This document shows, piece by piece, positions 40,005 to 49,527 of a stretch of DNA of 64,000 bases. The stretch's first letter is position 1, and each line of letters starts with the position of its first letter. A program made the position numbers and the translations under genes. This DNA comes from Halorarum halobium (GTDB lineage: Archaea > Halobacteriota > Halobacteria > Halobacteriales > Haloferacaceae), in NCBI RefSeq assembly GCF_032116555.1, contig NZ_CP134949.1:992001-1056000 (forward strand), written 5' to 3'. The notes below the pieces were generated by a model. The model was not told where the DNA came from. It ran no database searches and saw only the letters and a program-made list of their open reading frames with translations.

Positions 40005-41333
40005 CTAGAACGGCACCATCGCCAACTCCCCGTCGACGGTCGCCAGAATCGCCCCGTCGTCGCCCGCGGCGGGCGTCGGCGGGTACTCCCCCGGAAGGCT
40101 CGCGCGCCACAGTTCCGAGCCGTCGCCCGCGGAGTGTGCGAACACCGTCCGCGCCTGCCCGTCGGCCGAGACGACCGCGTCGCCGCCGCGGGCGCGTGGG
40201 ATCGCCAGGTCGGTCGCGTCGGCGGTCCACAGCCCCGCCCCGGTCTCGCGGCTCAGTTTGACGACGCTCGAATCCGCGTTCGTGTAGAGCGCGTCCGGAT
40301 CGAACGGAACGCCCGTCAGCAGGCCGCCGCCGTCGAACGACCATCGCCGGGGCCCGGTCGGGCCGTAGCGTGCGACGGTTTCGCCGCCGACGTAGAGATC
40401 GCCGCGGTAGCGGAGCGAGGAGACGACCGTCCCGCTCAGCGACCAGTCCATCGCGCCGGTTTCGGCGAACAGCGCGTGCATCGTCGGCTCGTCGCCCTCG
40501 TAGCGATCGACCCCCACGAAGGCGCGGCCGCCGCCGACCGCGGTCGCGCTGATTCGGTCGTCCCCGTCCGGGGCGAACTGGAAGCGCCGCTCCCCGGTCG
40601 CCACGTCGAAGCAGTCGACGCCGCCGTACAGTTCGACGGCGACGAAGTCGTCGCCGACGCTCCCACCCATCGCGTCCGCCGTCTCCGCGCGCCAGCGCTC
40701 CCGCCCGTCGGCGAGGTTCACCGCGATGGCGGCGTGCCCGCCCGAGTCGACGGGGCCGATGGCGTCGTCGCTCGTGCCGAGCACGACCGCCTCGTCGCCG
40801 AAGCCGACGACCGTGTGGAACCCGCCGGTGCCGGACTCGTACGTCCAGCGCTCCTCGCCCGCGGGCGTCAGCGCGTGGAGGACGTGGTCGTGCGCGCCGG
40901 TGCCGACGCTGATGCCGACGAGCGCGTACAGGACGCCGTCGTGGCGGACGAGTTCGGCGGCCGGCCGGCCGTAGTCACCTTCGGGCGAGACGGGGGACTC
41001 GAACGTCCACGCAGTCTCGCCGGTGGCGGCGTCGACGCCGTACACGGTTGTGCCGACGACGACGGCGACGTGTCCGTCCGCGTACACCGGGTCGGTCACG
41101 AGCCCGTCGCCGAGCGACGCCGTCCACGTCGGCGACGCGCCCTCGACGTCTATCCGCGAGTCTCCGGGCGTCTCGCTCGGGGTGCCGTCGGTCGGGCCGC
41201 CGCCGTCGGGCGTCGAGCCGTCCGGGGTGTCCGACTGGGTCGCGGTCGGCGTTCGGCCGCCGCGGTCGGTACAGCCGGCGAGGCCGAGGAGGCCGGCACC
41301 GGCGAGTCGGAGGGTGGTTCTGCGGGAAACCAT
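40005..41333 (-). CDS. PQQ-like beta-propeller Tat lipoprotein
   Basis: SRRTTLR...LAGC; repeated D..TGE..W blades. Confidence 0.88.
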   Translation of the reverse strand: MVSRRTTLRLAGAGLLGLAGCTDRGGRTPTATQSDTPDGSTPDGGGPTDGTPSETPGDSRIDVEGASPTWTASLGDGLVTDPVYADGHVAVVVGTTVYGVDAATGETAWTFESPVSPEGDYGRPAAELVRHDGVLYALVGISVGTGAHDHVLHALTPAGEERWTYESGTGGFHTVVGFGDEAVVLGTSDDAIGPVDSGGHAAIAVNLADGRERWRAETADAMGGSVGDDFVAVELYGGVDCFDVATGERRFQFAPDGDDRISATAVGGGRAFVGVDRYEGDEPTMHALFAETGAMDWSLSGTVVSSLRYRGDLYVGGETVARYGPTGPRRWSFDGGGLLTGVPFDPDALYTNADSSVVKLSRETGAGLWTADATDLAIPRARGGDAVVSADGQARTVFAHSAGDGSELWRASLPGEYPPTPAAGDDGAILATVDGELAMVPF

Positions 41334-41468
41334 GCCCGAACCGTTACGAGACGGCGGTATGGGTCTTGTGGGGTTCGACCGGCGGCGGGGCGGAGGTGCA
41401 GCCTCGCGGGTGGCCACGGGGGAGGCGAGGCGGACACCTATTTGTGCGCGCCGACCGCGCTCTCGGGT

Positions 41469-42395
41469 ATGTCCGACTCAGTCTCGGAGACCTTCGACCC
41501 CGACCGCTGGGACCCGGTCGAGGGCAGCGACGAGTTCGACGACGTCACCTACCACCGCGCGGTCGACTCGCCGACCGTCCGCATCGCGTTCGACCGGCCG
41601 GAGGTCAGAAACTCGTTCCGCCCCGGAACGGTCGACGAACTGTACGCCGCGCTCGATCACGCCCGCAAGCAGGCCGACGTCGGCTGCGTCCTCCTCACGG
41701 GAAACGGCCCGTCGGAGAACGACGGCGGCTGGGCGTTCTGTGCCGGCGGCGACCAGTCGGTCCGTGGCGAGTCGGGCTACGAGTACCGCGAGGGCGACGA
41801 GGCGGACGATTCGGACGACCCGCTCGTCAGGGAGGCCAAGGCCGGCCGCCTGCACGTCCTCGAGGTCCAGCGGCTGATCAGGTTCATGCCCAAGCCGGTC
41901 GTCGCGGTCGTGCCGGGCTGGGCGGTCGGCGGCGGCCACTCGCTGCACGTCGTCTGTGACCTCACGCTCGCCAGCGAGGAGCACGCGAAGTTCCTCCAGA
42001 CCGACCCCGACGTGGCCTCCTTCGACGGCGGCTTCGGCTCGGCGTACCTCGCCAAGCAGGTCGGCCAGAAGAAGGCCCGCGAGGTGTTCTTCCGCGGGAA
42101 GACGTACTCGGCCGAGGAGGCGGTCGACATGGGGATGGCGAACGAGGCGATTCCCCACGAGGACCTCGAATCCGTCGCGCTGGAGTGGGCGGACGAGATG
42201 ACGAGCAAGTCGCCGACGGCGATGCGGATGCTGAAGTTCGCGTTCAACATGACCGACGACGGCCTCGTGGGCCAGCAGGTGTTCGCGGGCGAGGCGACGC
42301 GGCTCGCGTACATGACGCCCGAGGCGCAGGAGGGCCGGGACGCGTTCCTCGAGGGGCGCGAGCAGGACTTCTCGGGGTATCCCTGGCACTACTAA
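41469..42395 (+). CDS. menB: 1,4-dihydroxy-2-naphthoyl-CoA synthase
   Basis: FCAGGDQ, AVGGGHSLH, SFDGGFGS, EGRDAF. Confidence 0.96.
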   Translation: MSDSVSETFDPDRWDPVEGSDEFDDVTYHRAVDSPTVRIAFDRPEVRNSFRPGTVDELYAALDHARKQADVGCVLLTGNGPSENDGGWAFCAGGDQSVRGESGYEYREGDEADDSDDPLVREAKAGRLHVLEVQRLIRFMPKPVVAVVPGWAVGGGHSLHVVCDLTLASEEHAKFLQTDPDVASFDGGFGSAYLAKQVGQKKAREVFFRGKTYSAEEAVDMGMANEAIPHEDLESVALEWADEMTSKSPTAMRMLKFAFNMTDDGLVGQQVFAGEATRLAYMTPEAQEGRDAFLEGREQDFSGYPWHY

Positions 42396-42408
42396 GGAAC
42401 CTTTTCCT

Positions 42409-42549
42409 ACGAACCTCTTTTTCGGGGGGCATGTCCTCGCGCGTCGGCGAAGCCGACGCGCTGCGGCCAGACCCCCGAAAAACCCGTTCATGCCAAAAAC
42501 GCCGCTCGCTCGGTCGGCGTGGCTTCGCCACGCCTCTCTCCCTCACGGT
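42409..42549 (+). repeat. Intergenic repeat, family B (full copy)
   Basis: ACGAACCTCTTTTTCGGGGGG-hairpin-CCCCCGAAAAACCCGTTCATGCCAAAAACGCCG-CTCGCTCGGTCGGC-hairpin. Confidence 0.8.
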
Positions 42550-42571
42550 GGGTGACCTCGTGCGCCCGCCT

Positions 42572-42670
42572 CCGCACAGCACCGCAACCGCATCCGCTCC
42601 GCCTCCGCACCGCAACCACCACCGCATCGCCACAGCACCGCAACCACCACCGCATCGCCACAGCACCGCA
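42572..42670 (+). repeat. ACCGC-rich tandem repeat, including a duplicated 28-bp unit
   Basis: GCACCGCAACCACCACCGCATCGCCACA twice, flanked by degenerate units. Confidence 0.75.
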
Positions 42671-42678
42671 TGTCGCCG

Positions 42679-43959
42679 TTACGCGGCCGTGGCCTCCGCG
42701 GTATCGGGATCGAACCTGCTCACTAGGACGCCGACCATGGCGACACAGAGGACCGCGACCGCGCCGATGGCGAGGAACGTCGTCCGGAGCCCCTGCCACT
42801 CGATGAGCGCGCCGAACACGGGCGCGGCGAGGGTGTTGCCGATCATGATGCCGACCGTGATGACCGCGAAGTTCCGCCCCACGTTGCCCCGCGCCGAGAG
42901 CGCGTCCGCGAGTTTGTCCCGCGCGGGCATCGCCAGGCTCCCGGCGCTCCCGGCGAGGACCGCGAAGACCGCCGCGGCCAGCGGCGGGATCACCATCGAC
43001 CCGAGCGCGAACACGAACGCCGTGACCAGGAGGTAGCTCCCGACGAGGATGGGAGCCGGCCTGAACCGGTCGGTGAGGTCGCCGCCCAGCAGCACGAACC
43101 CGGCGCCGACGACGAACGACGCCGAGAGCGCGAGGTTCGCCGTCCCCGACCCCAGCCCGTAGCCGTCGGTCAGCAGCACGACGACGTACGTCGTCACGCC
43201 CCACATCACCGTCGAGGCGACGAGCGCGAACGCCCCGAGGCCGACGATGCCTGGCGAGGCGAGCATCGAGTCGACCCCCCTGCGGACCCGTTCGACGGGT
43301 GAGCGCACGGTCGCGTCGCCCGCTGCGTCGCCGGCGTCCCGGTGCGGTCGTCGGACCGACGCCGGGACGAACAGGCGGATGGCGAGGACACAGAGCAGCC
43401 CCAGCACGAGGCCGCCGCCGCCGATGAGCGCGAACGCGTCGCGCCAGGTCAATCCCGGGAGCGCGATCACCGCGGTGATGAGCACCGGCGGTGCCGCGAA
43501 CCCGAGGTTGCCCGCGAAGCCGTGGATGCTGAACGCCCGGGCGCGGCTCGATTCCGGCGTCGCGTCCGCCAGCAGCGGGAAGTGCGAGGGGTGGTGGCCG
43601 GCGACGCCGAGGCCGATGAGCGCCTGGCCCGCGACGACCCACTCGAACGTCGGGGCGCCGGCGATGACGAGGACGCCGAGCGAGCCGAGGCCGAGACAGA
43701 GTCCCAGCGCGAGCGTCCGGTCCCGCGTGTCCGCGAGGTGGCCGTACGGGAGCTGGAAGGCGGTGTTGACGAACGCCTGCACGCCGAGCGCGAGGCCGAG
43801 TTGCGCCAGGGTCACGTCGAAGTCGGCTGCGAGGACGCCGAGGATGGGCGGGAACAGCACGAGGTACATGTGGTTCACGACGTGCGAGCCGCTGACGAGG
43901 CCGACGACGAGCGCCGTCTCGCGGGGCACCCTCCCGACGGCGCGACTGAACGGGGACAC
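42679..43959 (-). CDS. MFS transporter
   Basis: SHVVNH, YGHLAD, GVAGHHP, GGDLTDRF; about 12 TM; GTG start approximate. Confidence 0.9.
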   Translation of the reverse strand: MSPFSRAVGRVPRETALVVGLVSGSHVVNHMYLVLFPPILGVLAADFDVTLAQLGLALGVQAFVNTAFQLPYGHLADTRDRTLALGLCLGLGSLGVLVIAGAPTFEWVVAGQALIGLGVAGHHPSHFPLLADATPESSRARAFSIHGFAGNLGFAAPPVLITAVIALPGLTWRDAFALIGGGGLVLGLLCVLAIRLFVPASVRRPHRDAGDAAGDATVRSPVERVRRGVDSMLASPGIVGLGAFALVASTVMWGVTTYVVVLLTDGYGLGSGTANLALSASFVVGAGFVLLGGDLTDRFRPAPILVGSYLLVTAFVFALGSMVIPPLAAAVFAVLAGSAGSLAMPARDKLADALSARGNVGRNFAVITVGIMIGNTLAAPVFGALIEWQGLRTTFLAIGAVAVLCVAMVGVLVSRFDPDTAEATAA

Positions 43960-44089
43960 TGGTTGCTCGAACGTCGGCGAGCGCGGGCGAGAAACTACCG
44001 GTGGCGGCGACGGCTGCACCCGCTGGCGAGCGCCCCCGGGCCCGGACAGAACCCGAACTTTCACCGTCCCGGCACGCCGACCACAGGCA

Positions 44090-45031
44090 ATGAACACATC
44101 GACCCGGGACGTCTCCGCGCGGCGGGCGTGGCTCATGGCCGCGCGCCCGCAGACGTTGCCCATCGCGCTCTCGCCGGTCCTCGTCGGCACCGGCCTCGCG
44201 CTCGACGCCGGCGTGTTCGCGCCGCTCCCGGCGGCCGTCGCGCTGGTCGGCGCGCTGTTGATCCAGATCGGGACGAACTTCGCCAACGACTACTACGACG
44301 CCGTCCAGGGCGCCGACACCGAGGAGCGCGAGGGGTTCACCCGCGCGACCGCCGGCGGCCTCATCGACCCGGCCGCGGTCAAGCGCGCGATGTGGCTCAC
44401 GTTCGCGGCCGCGATCCTCGTCGGCACGTACCTCGTCTCCGTCGGCGGCCTGCCCATCGTCGTCGTGGGCCTGCTGTCGGTCGCCGCGGGCGTCGCCTAC
44501 ACCGGGGGCCCGTACCCGCTCGGCTACCACGGCCTCGGCGACCTCTTCGTCTTCGTCTTCTTCGGCCTCGTCGCGGTCACGGGCACCTACTACGTCCAGG
44601 CCGCCGCCGAACTCGGCGTCGACGTCCTCACGCTCGTCCCCCGGCCCGAACTCGTCCCGCTCGCAGCCGTCGTCGCCTCGCTCCCCGTCGCCGCCCTGGC
44701 CACCGACGTCCTCGTCGTGAACAACGTCCGCGACAGGGAGGAGGACGAGACGACGGGCAAGCGTACGCTCGCGGTCCGGTTCGGCTACGGCCCCTCGCGC
44801 GTCCAGTTCCTGCTCCTGCTCGGGATGGCGTACACTATCCCGGTCGTCTTCGCGGTCACGACCGGGAGCCTCGCCACGCTGCTCCCCCTCCTGACCCTGC
44901 CGTACGCCGCGCTCCTCACGCGAACGATGCTCACGGAGACGTCGGGGGAGGCGCTGAACCCGGCGCTCGAACGGAACGGCAAACTGCTCGCCGCGTTCTC
45001 CGCGCTGTTCGGGCTCGGGCTGGCGATCTGA
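44090..45031 (+). CDS. menA: 1,4-dihydroxy-2-naphthoate polyprenyltransferase
   Basis: AARPQTLP, NFANDYYD, YTGGPYPLGY, NNVRD...GKRTLAVR. Confidence 0.95.
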   Translation: MNTSTRDVSARRAWLMAARPQTLPIALSPVLVGTGLALDAGVFAPLPAAVALVGALLIQIGTNFANDYYDAVQGADTEEREGFTRATAGGLIDPAAVKRAMWLTFAAAILVGTYLVSVGGLPIVVVGLLSVAAGVAYTGGPYPLGYHGLGDLFVFVFFGLVAVTGTYYVQAAAELGVDVLTLVPRPELVPLAAVVASLPVAALATDVLVVNNVRDREEDETTGKRTLAVRFGYGPSRVQFLLLLGMAYTIPVVFAVTTGSLATLLPLLTLPYAALLTRTMLTETSGEALNPALERNGKLLAAFSALFGLGLAI

Positions 45032-45032
45032 G

Positions 45033-46139
45033 ATGCCGGCGTTCGACGCACGGCTCCGCGAATTCTCGCTCCCGCTGCGGTCGCCGCTGGGCACCGCGAC
45101 CGGCGAGCTAGCCACGCGAGACGTCACGATCCTCACGCTAGCGGCCGAGACGGCGGACGGCGACCCCGTTCGCGGCGTCGGCGAGGCCGCTCCGCTCCCG
45201 CCCTGGACCGAGGACGGCGAGACGTGTCGGGCCGCGCTCTCGGACGTCCAGGAAACGCTCCGAGGGGGCGGGGACGTCCCGCTCGAGGCCCACCCGCTCG
45301 ACGACCGCCTGATCGAGGACCTCCCGCCGGCCGCCCGCCACGCGGTCACGCTCGCCACCGCCGACGCCGAGGCACGAGTCGAGGGCGTTCCGCTGGCGTC
45401 GGAACTGGCGGAACGGGCCGCGATCGACGCCGACCCGGCCGAAACGGTTCCCGCCAACGCCACCGTCGGCGACGGGTCGGTCGCGGAGACGGTCTCGGCG
45501 GCGACGTCGGCCGTCGAGGCCGGCTTCGACTGTCTCAAGTGCAAGGTCGGCGCCCGTGACCTCGACGCCGACCTCGACCGCCTGCGGGCCGTCCGGGCGG
45601 CCGTCGGCGACGACGCGTCGCTCAGGGCGGACGCCAACGGCGCATGGTCCCTGGCGGCGGCCGAACGCGCGATGGACGCGCTCGCCGACCTGGGTTTCGA
45701 GTACGTCGAACAGCCGGTCCCGGCGGACGCGCACGAGGACCTGGCCGCCCTCCGGGGACGGGGGGTCGACCTCGCGCTGGACGAGTCGGTGAACGCGGCC
45801 GGGGAGTGGCCCCGACCGATCCCCGAGTACGCGGACGTGGCCGTCCTGAAGCCGATGGCCCAGGGCGGGCCGGGGGCGACGGCGGCGCTCGCCCGGCACC
45901 TCGACTCGCAGGGCGTTGCTCCGGTCGTCACCACGACCATCGACGCCGCCGTCGCCCGGACCGCCGCGGTCCACGTCGCCGCCGCGGTGCCGGGCGGCGG
46001 CGAGCGCACCCACGGGCTCGCCACCGCCGACCTGCTCGCCGAGGACGTCGCGCACGACCCGGTTCCGGTGGAGGACGGTCGGATTCGGGTCCCCGCTGGG
46101 CCGGGGCTCGCGGGCGACGCCTTCGACGAACTGCGCTGA
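45033..46139 (+). CDS. menC: o-succinylbenzoate synthase (enolase superfamily)
   Basis: KCKVG, RADANGAW, EQP, LDES, LKPM; follows menA. Confidence 0.88.
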   Translation: MPAFDARLREFSLPLRSPLGTATGELATRDVTILTLAAETADGDPVRGVGEAAPLPPWTEDGETCRAALSDVQETLRGGGDVPLEAHPLDDRLIEDLPPAARHAVTLATADAEARVEGVPLASELAERAAIDADPAETVPANATVGDGSVAETVSAATSAVEAGFDCLKCKVGARDLDADLDRLRAVRAAVGDDASLRADANGAWSLAAAERAMDALADLGFEYVEQPVPADAHEDLAALRGRGVDLALDESVNAAGEWPRPIPEYADVAVLKPMAQGGPGATAALARHLDSQGVAPVVTTTIDAAVARTAAVHVAAAVPGGGERTHGLATADLLAEDVAHDPVPVEDGRIRVPAGPGLAGDAFDELR

Positions 46140-46192
46140 TCGACGACTCCTGGCGCGTCGGCGCTATCGGTCCGCCGTGCGGATCACTACCC

Positions 46193-46657
46193 CTAGACGA
46201 CCTCGATGACGCCCTTCATCCCGACGTTCCGGTGTGGCGAACAGAAGTACTTCGAGACGCCGGCCTCGACGAACTCGCGTTCCCACGTCGCGTCGCCCGC
46301 CCGGTAGTACGGGCTCTCGTAGTCGTCGTTTTCGGCCACGACGTTGTGCTGGCTGCCCCTGCCCGTCCACTCCCAGACGACGGTCGTGTCGGTCGAGACG
46401 CGGACTGCGGCGGGGGAGAACGCGAACCCGTCGCCCGCACCGACCTCGACGGCGACCTCGGACTGGCCGGTGCGGTCGGCCGCCTCGCCCTCGAAGCCGC
46501 CGGTGTTCGCGAGCCAGCCGCCGTACGGTCCCTCGTCGCCCTCGGCTCCGGAACTGCTCGAACAGCCGGCGAGCGCGGCGCTCCCGGCCACGCCCGTCGC
46601 TCCCAGCGCCCGGAGGAAACTGCGCCGTGTCGTCGGTTCCGCTTCGGGGGTACCCAT
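46193..46657 (-). CDS. Halocyanin (type-1 blue copper Tat lipoprotein)
   Basis: TRRSFL, LAGC; Cu ligands HNV and C-x-P-H-x4-M (YFCSPHRNVGMKG). Confidence 0.92.
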   Translation of the reverse strand: MGTPEAEPTTRRSFLRALGATGVAGSAALAGCSSSSGAEGDEGPYGGWLANTGGFEGEAADRTGQSEVAVEVGAGDGFAFSPAAVRVSTDTTVVWEWTGRGSQHNVVAENDDYESPYYRAGDATWEREFVEAGVSKYFCSPHRNVGMKGVIEVV

Positions 46658-46851
46658 CGGGCTCGCGTAGGAGGGGAGGGGGTTTCACTCCGCCGGATCG
46701 GAGCCGAGCGTCATGACGTCGGATCCGGGGTCACGCCGGGCGGACTGGGCGGTCGCAACCGGTCGGCGGCGCGGTCGCAATCGGCCGACGGTACGTCCGA
46801 TTCGCGTGCGGGAAAGACTTTAGCGGAAACCCCCCGTTGCGATAATCTGTC

Positions 46852-48408
46852 ATGGTCAATCTTGTCAATAACGTCGCCGCGGCCGCCGAGGAGCACGGCG
46901 ACGGGACGGCGGTCAGCTTCCGAGGACAGGACGTTCCCTACCGGGAACTGTGGGGCCAGATCGGCGCGTTCGCGTCCGGGCTGGCCGAGGCCGGCGTCGA
47001 ACCCGGCAACCGGGTCGGGCTCTACCTCCCGAACCTGCCCCAGTTCGTGATCGGCTTCCACGGGACGCTCCGGGCGGGCGGGGTCGTCGTGCCGATGAAC
47101 CCGCAGTACAAGGCCCGCGAGATCGAACACCTGCTCTCGGACTCGGAGGCAGACGTCGTCGTCGCGCTCGCGGACCTCGCGCCGTTCGTCGAGGAGGTCC
47201 GCGAGGAGACCGGCGTCGAGCACCTCGTCACGGTCGGCGGGGAGACCGAGGGCGGGGTCACGTTCGACGAGTTCTGCGGGTCGCCCGCGTTCGAGACGGT
47301 CGGGCGGGCGGACGACGACGTCGCCTGCCAGCCGTACACCTCGGGGACGACCGGCCAGCCGAAGGGCGTCCTGCTCACCCACGAGAACCTGCGGTCGAAC
47401 GCCGAGATGTCACAGACGCTCCCGGCGGGCGGGCTCCGGCCGGACGACAAGCTGCTCGGGGTGCTCCCGCTGTTCCACATCTACGGCATGACCGTCGTGA
47501 TGAACGCGACGCTGTTCGCCGGCGGCGCGTACTACCCGCTCCCCTCGTGGGACGCCCAGGAGTCGCTGGACCTCATCGAGTCCGCCGAGCTGACGATGAT
47601 GCACGGCGTGCCGGCGATGTACAACGACGTCATCAACCAGCCGGACGTCGAGGACCGGCACCTCTCCTCGCTCCGGATGTGCGGCGTCGGCGGCGCGGGC
47701 ATCCCGATCGAGGTGCTCCGACGCTTCGAGGAGCTGTTCGACGTGAAGGTGTACGAGGGGTACGGGCTCACCGAGACGAGCCCGGTCACACACTTCAACA
47801 GCCCCGACGAGGGGCGCCGGGTCGGCTCCATCGGCCGGACGCTGCCCGGCGTCGACTCCCGGATCGTCACGCCCGAGTTCGAGGACGTCCCCCCCGTCGC
47901 GGAGGGGCCCGTGGACGAGGACGAGGTCGACCTGGACGAGATCACGGGCGAGGTCGTCGTCGCCGGCCCGAACGTCATGAAGGGGTACCACGACCGGCCG
48001 GAGGCGAACGAGGCGGTGTTCACCCACGCCGACGGGAAGCGCTGGTTCCACACCGGCGACGTCGGCTACCACGACGAGGACGGCTTCTTCTACGTCGTCG
48101 ACCGGGAGAAGCACATGATCAACACCGCGGGCTACAACGTCTACCCGCGCGAGGTCGAGGAGCTGCTGTTCGAACACGAGGCGGTCGCCGACGTCGCCGT
48201 CGTGGGGATTCCGGACGACCGGCGCGGCGAGACGGTGAAGGCGTTCGTCGTCACGACGCCCGACGCGGACGTCACCGCCGACGAGCTCCGGCAGTTCTGT
48301 CTCGACAACCTCGCCGAGTACAAGCACCCGCGTGAGGTGGAGTTCGTCGAGGAACTCCCGCGGACCACGACCGGGAAGGTCCAGAAGTTCGAGCTCCGGG
48401 GCGAATGA
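46852..48408 (+). CDS. Long-chain fatty acid-CoA ligase
   Basis: YTSGTTGQPKG, EGYGLTE, WFHTGD, YNVYPREVE, TGKVQK. Confidence 0.93.
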   Translation: MVNLVNNVAAAAEEHGDGTAVSFRGQDVPYRELWGQIGAFASGLAEAGVEPGNRVGLYLPNLPQFVIGFHGTLRAGGVVVPMNPQYKAREIEHLLSDSEADVVVALADLAPFVEEVREETGVEHLVTVGGETEGGVTFDEFCGSPAFETVGRADDDVACQPYTSGTTGQPKGVLLTHENLRSNAEMSQTLPAGGLRPDDKLLGVLPLFHIYGMTVVMNATLFAGGAYYPLPSWDAQESLDLIESAELTMMHGVPAMYNDVINQPDVEDRHLSSLRMCGVGGAGIPIEVLRRFEELFDVKVYEGYGLTETSPVTHFNSPDEGRRVGSIGRTLPGVDSRIVTPEFEDVPPVAEGPVDEDEVDLDEITGEVVVAGPNVMKGYHDRPEANEAVFTHADGKRWFHTGDVGYHDEDGFFYVVDREKHMINTAGYNVYPREVEELLFEHEAVADVAVVGIPDDRRGETVKAFVVTTPDADVTADELRQFCLDNLAEYKHPREVEFVEELPRTTTGKVQKFELRGE

Positions 48409-49307
48409 GCGACGAGAGCGACCCCGCCGACCCGGTTCGGACCGACGGCGGCGACGGCGCGGGCGACCCGGGCGACGCCACGGGCACCGGTGCGAGCGAT
48501 GCGGGTGCGACCGGCACCGACGCCGTCCGCCTCGAAACCGACGACGAGACGGGCATCGCGCGCGTCGTCCTCGCGGACCCCGACCGCCGAAACGCGCTCT
48601 CGGTCGAGGTGACCCACGGGATCATGGCCGCGCTCGAGGAGCTGGAGGGCGGCGACGCCCGCTGTGTCGTCATCGAGGGCGAAGGGCCGGCGTTCTCGGC
48701 CGGCGGCGACGTCGCTGCGATGCTGGAGCGCCACGAGGGCGATGAGCCGCTGGACGACGCGGTCCGACACATCGTTCAGGACACGGGCCGCTGCATCGAG
48801 CGCGTCCACGACTGCGAGTTCCCGACGGTCGCGAAGGTGGACGGCCCGGCGTTCGGCGCGGGCGGCAACCTCGCCATCGCGTGCGACGTGCAGGTGATGC
48901 ACGAGGGCGCGAGGATCGGGTTCGGGTTCAGGAACGTCGGTCTCGCGGTCGACTCCGGAACGTCGTACCTGCTGCCGAAGCTCGTGGGCGCGAACGTCGC
49001 GAAGGAACTCGTGTTCACGGGCGAACTGCTCGACGCCGAGCGCGCGGCGGAACTCGGCGTCGTCAACCACGTCCACCCGGACGGCGAGTTCGAGGAGCGC
49101 GCGGAGGCGCTCGTCGCGGAGCTCGCCTCGGGCCCCACGGTCGCGCTGCGGACCTCGAAGCGCCTCCTGAACGCGGAGTTCGCGTCGCTGGCCGAGGCGG
49201 TCGAGCACGAGGCCGGCGCACAGTCCGCGGTGTTCGCCTCGCGCGATCACGCCGAGGGCATCGAGGCGTTCCGCGAGAAGCGCGACCCCGAGTTCGAGGG
49301 GACGTAG
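48405..49307 (+). CDS. Enoyl-CoA hydratase/isomerase family
   Basis: RRNALS, AFSAGGD, AFGAG, DHAEGIEAFREKRDP; overlaps the ligase gene. Confidence 0.92.
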   Translation: MSDESDPADPVRTDGGDGAGDPGDATGTGASDAGATGTDAVRLETDDETGIARVVLADPDRRNALSVEVTHGIMAALEELEGGDARCVVIEGEGPAFSAGGDVAAMLERHEGDEPLDDAVRHIVQDTGRCIERVHDCEFPTVAKVDGPAFGAGGNLAIACDVQVMHEGARIGFGFRNVGLAVDSGTSYLLPKLVGANVAKELVFTGELLDAERAAELGVVNHVHPDGEFEERAEALVAELASGPTVALRTSKRLLNAEFASLAEAVEHEAGAQSAVFASRDHAEGIEAFREKRDPEFEGT

Positions 49308-49527
49308 GTAGCCGTTCGGACCGGGCGTCGACGCCCCGTCTGGACCGAGCCGAGCGCGCTCTCGCCGCTCGGACGGTTTCGGCACGACCCTTCGAGGGTT
49401 TCAGGCGTCCCAGCCACTGAAGCCTGTATTTACCGGGATGTGCGGTAAATTAGCATCAACCGCCTGGAAGGACCATTACCATTAAATAAACACGTCCCCG
49501 ACTTCGCGTATACTTTCCCCGGAGACC

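Noticed and set aside
42488..46024. 1178-aa minus-strand ORF, and many other long Arg/Pro/Ala-rich ORFs (e.g. 30678-32927, 20441-22240, 26348-28258)
   Set aside because: Shadow frames of real genes in high-GC DNA; composition is not halophilic and no motifs are present.
46852..48408. Calling the ligase menE
   Set aside because: Looks FadD-like, is coupled to an enoyl-CoA hydratase, and is separated from menC by a divergent gene.
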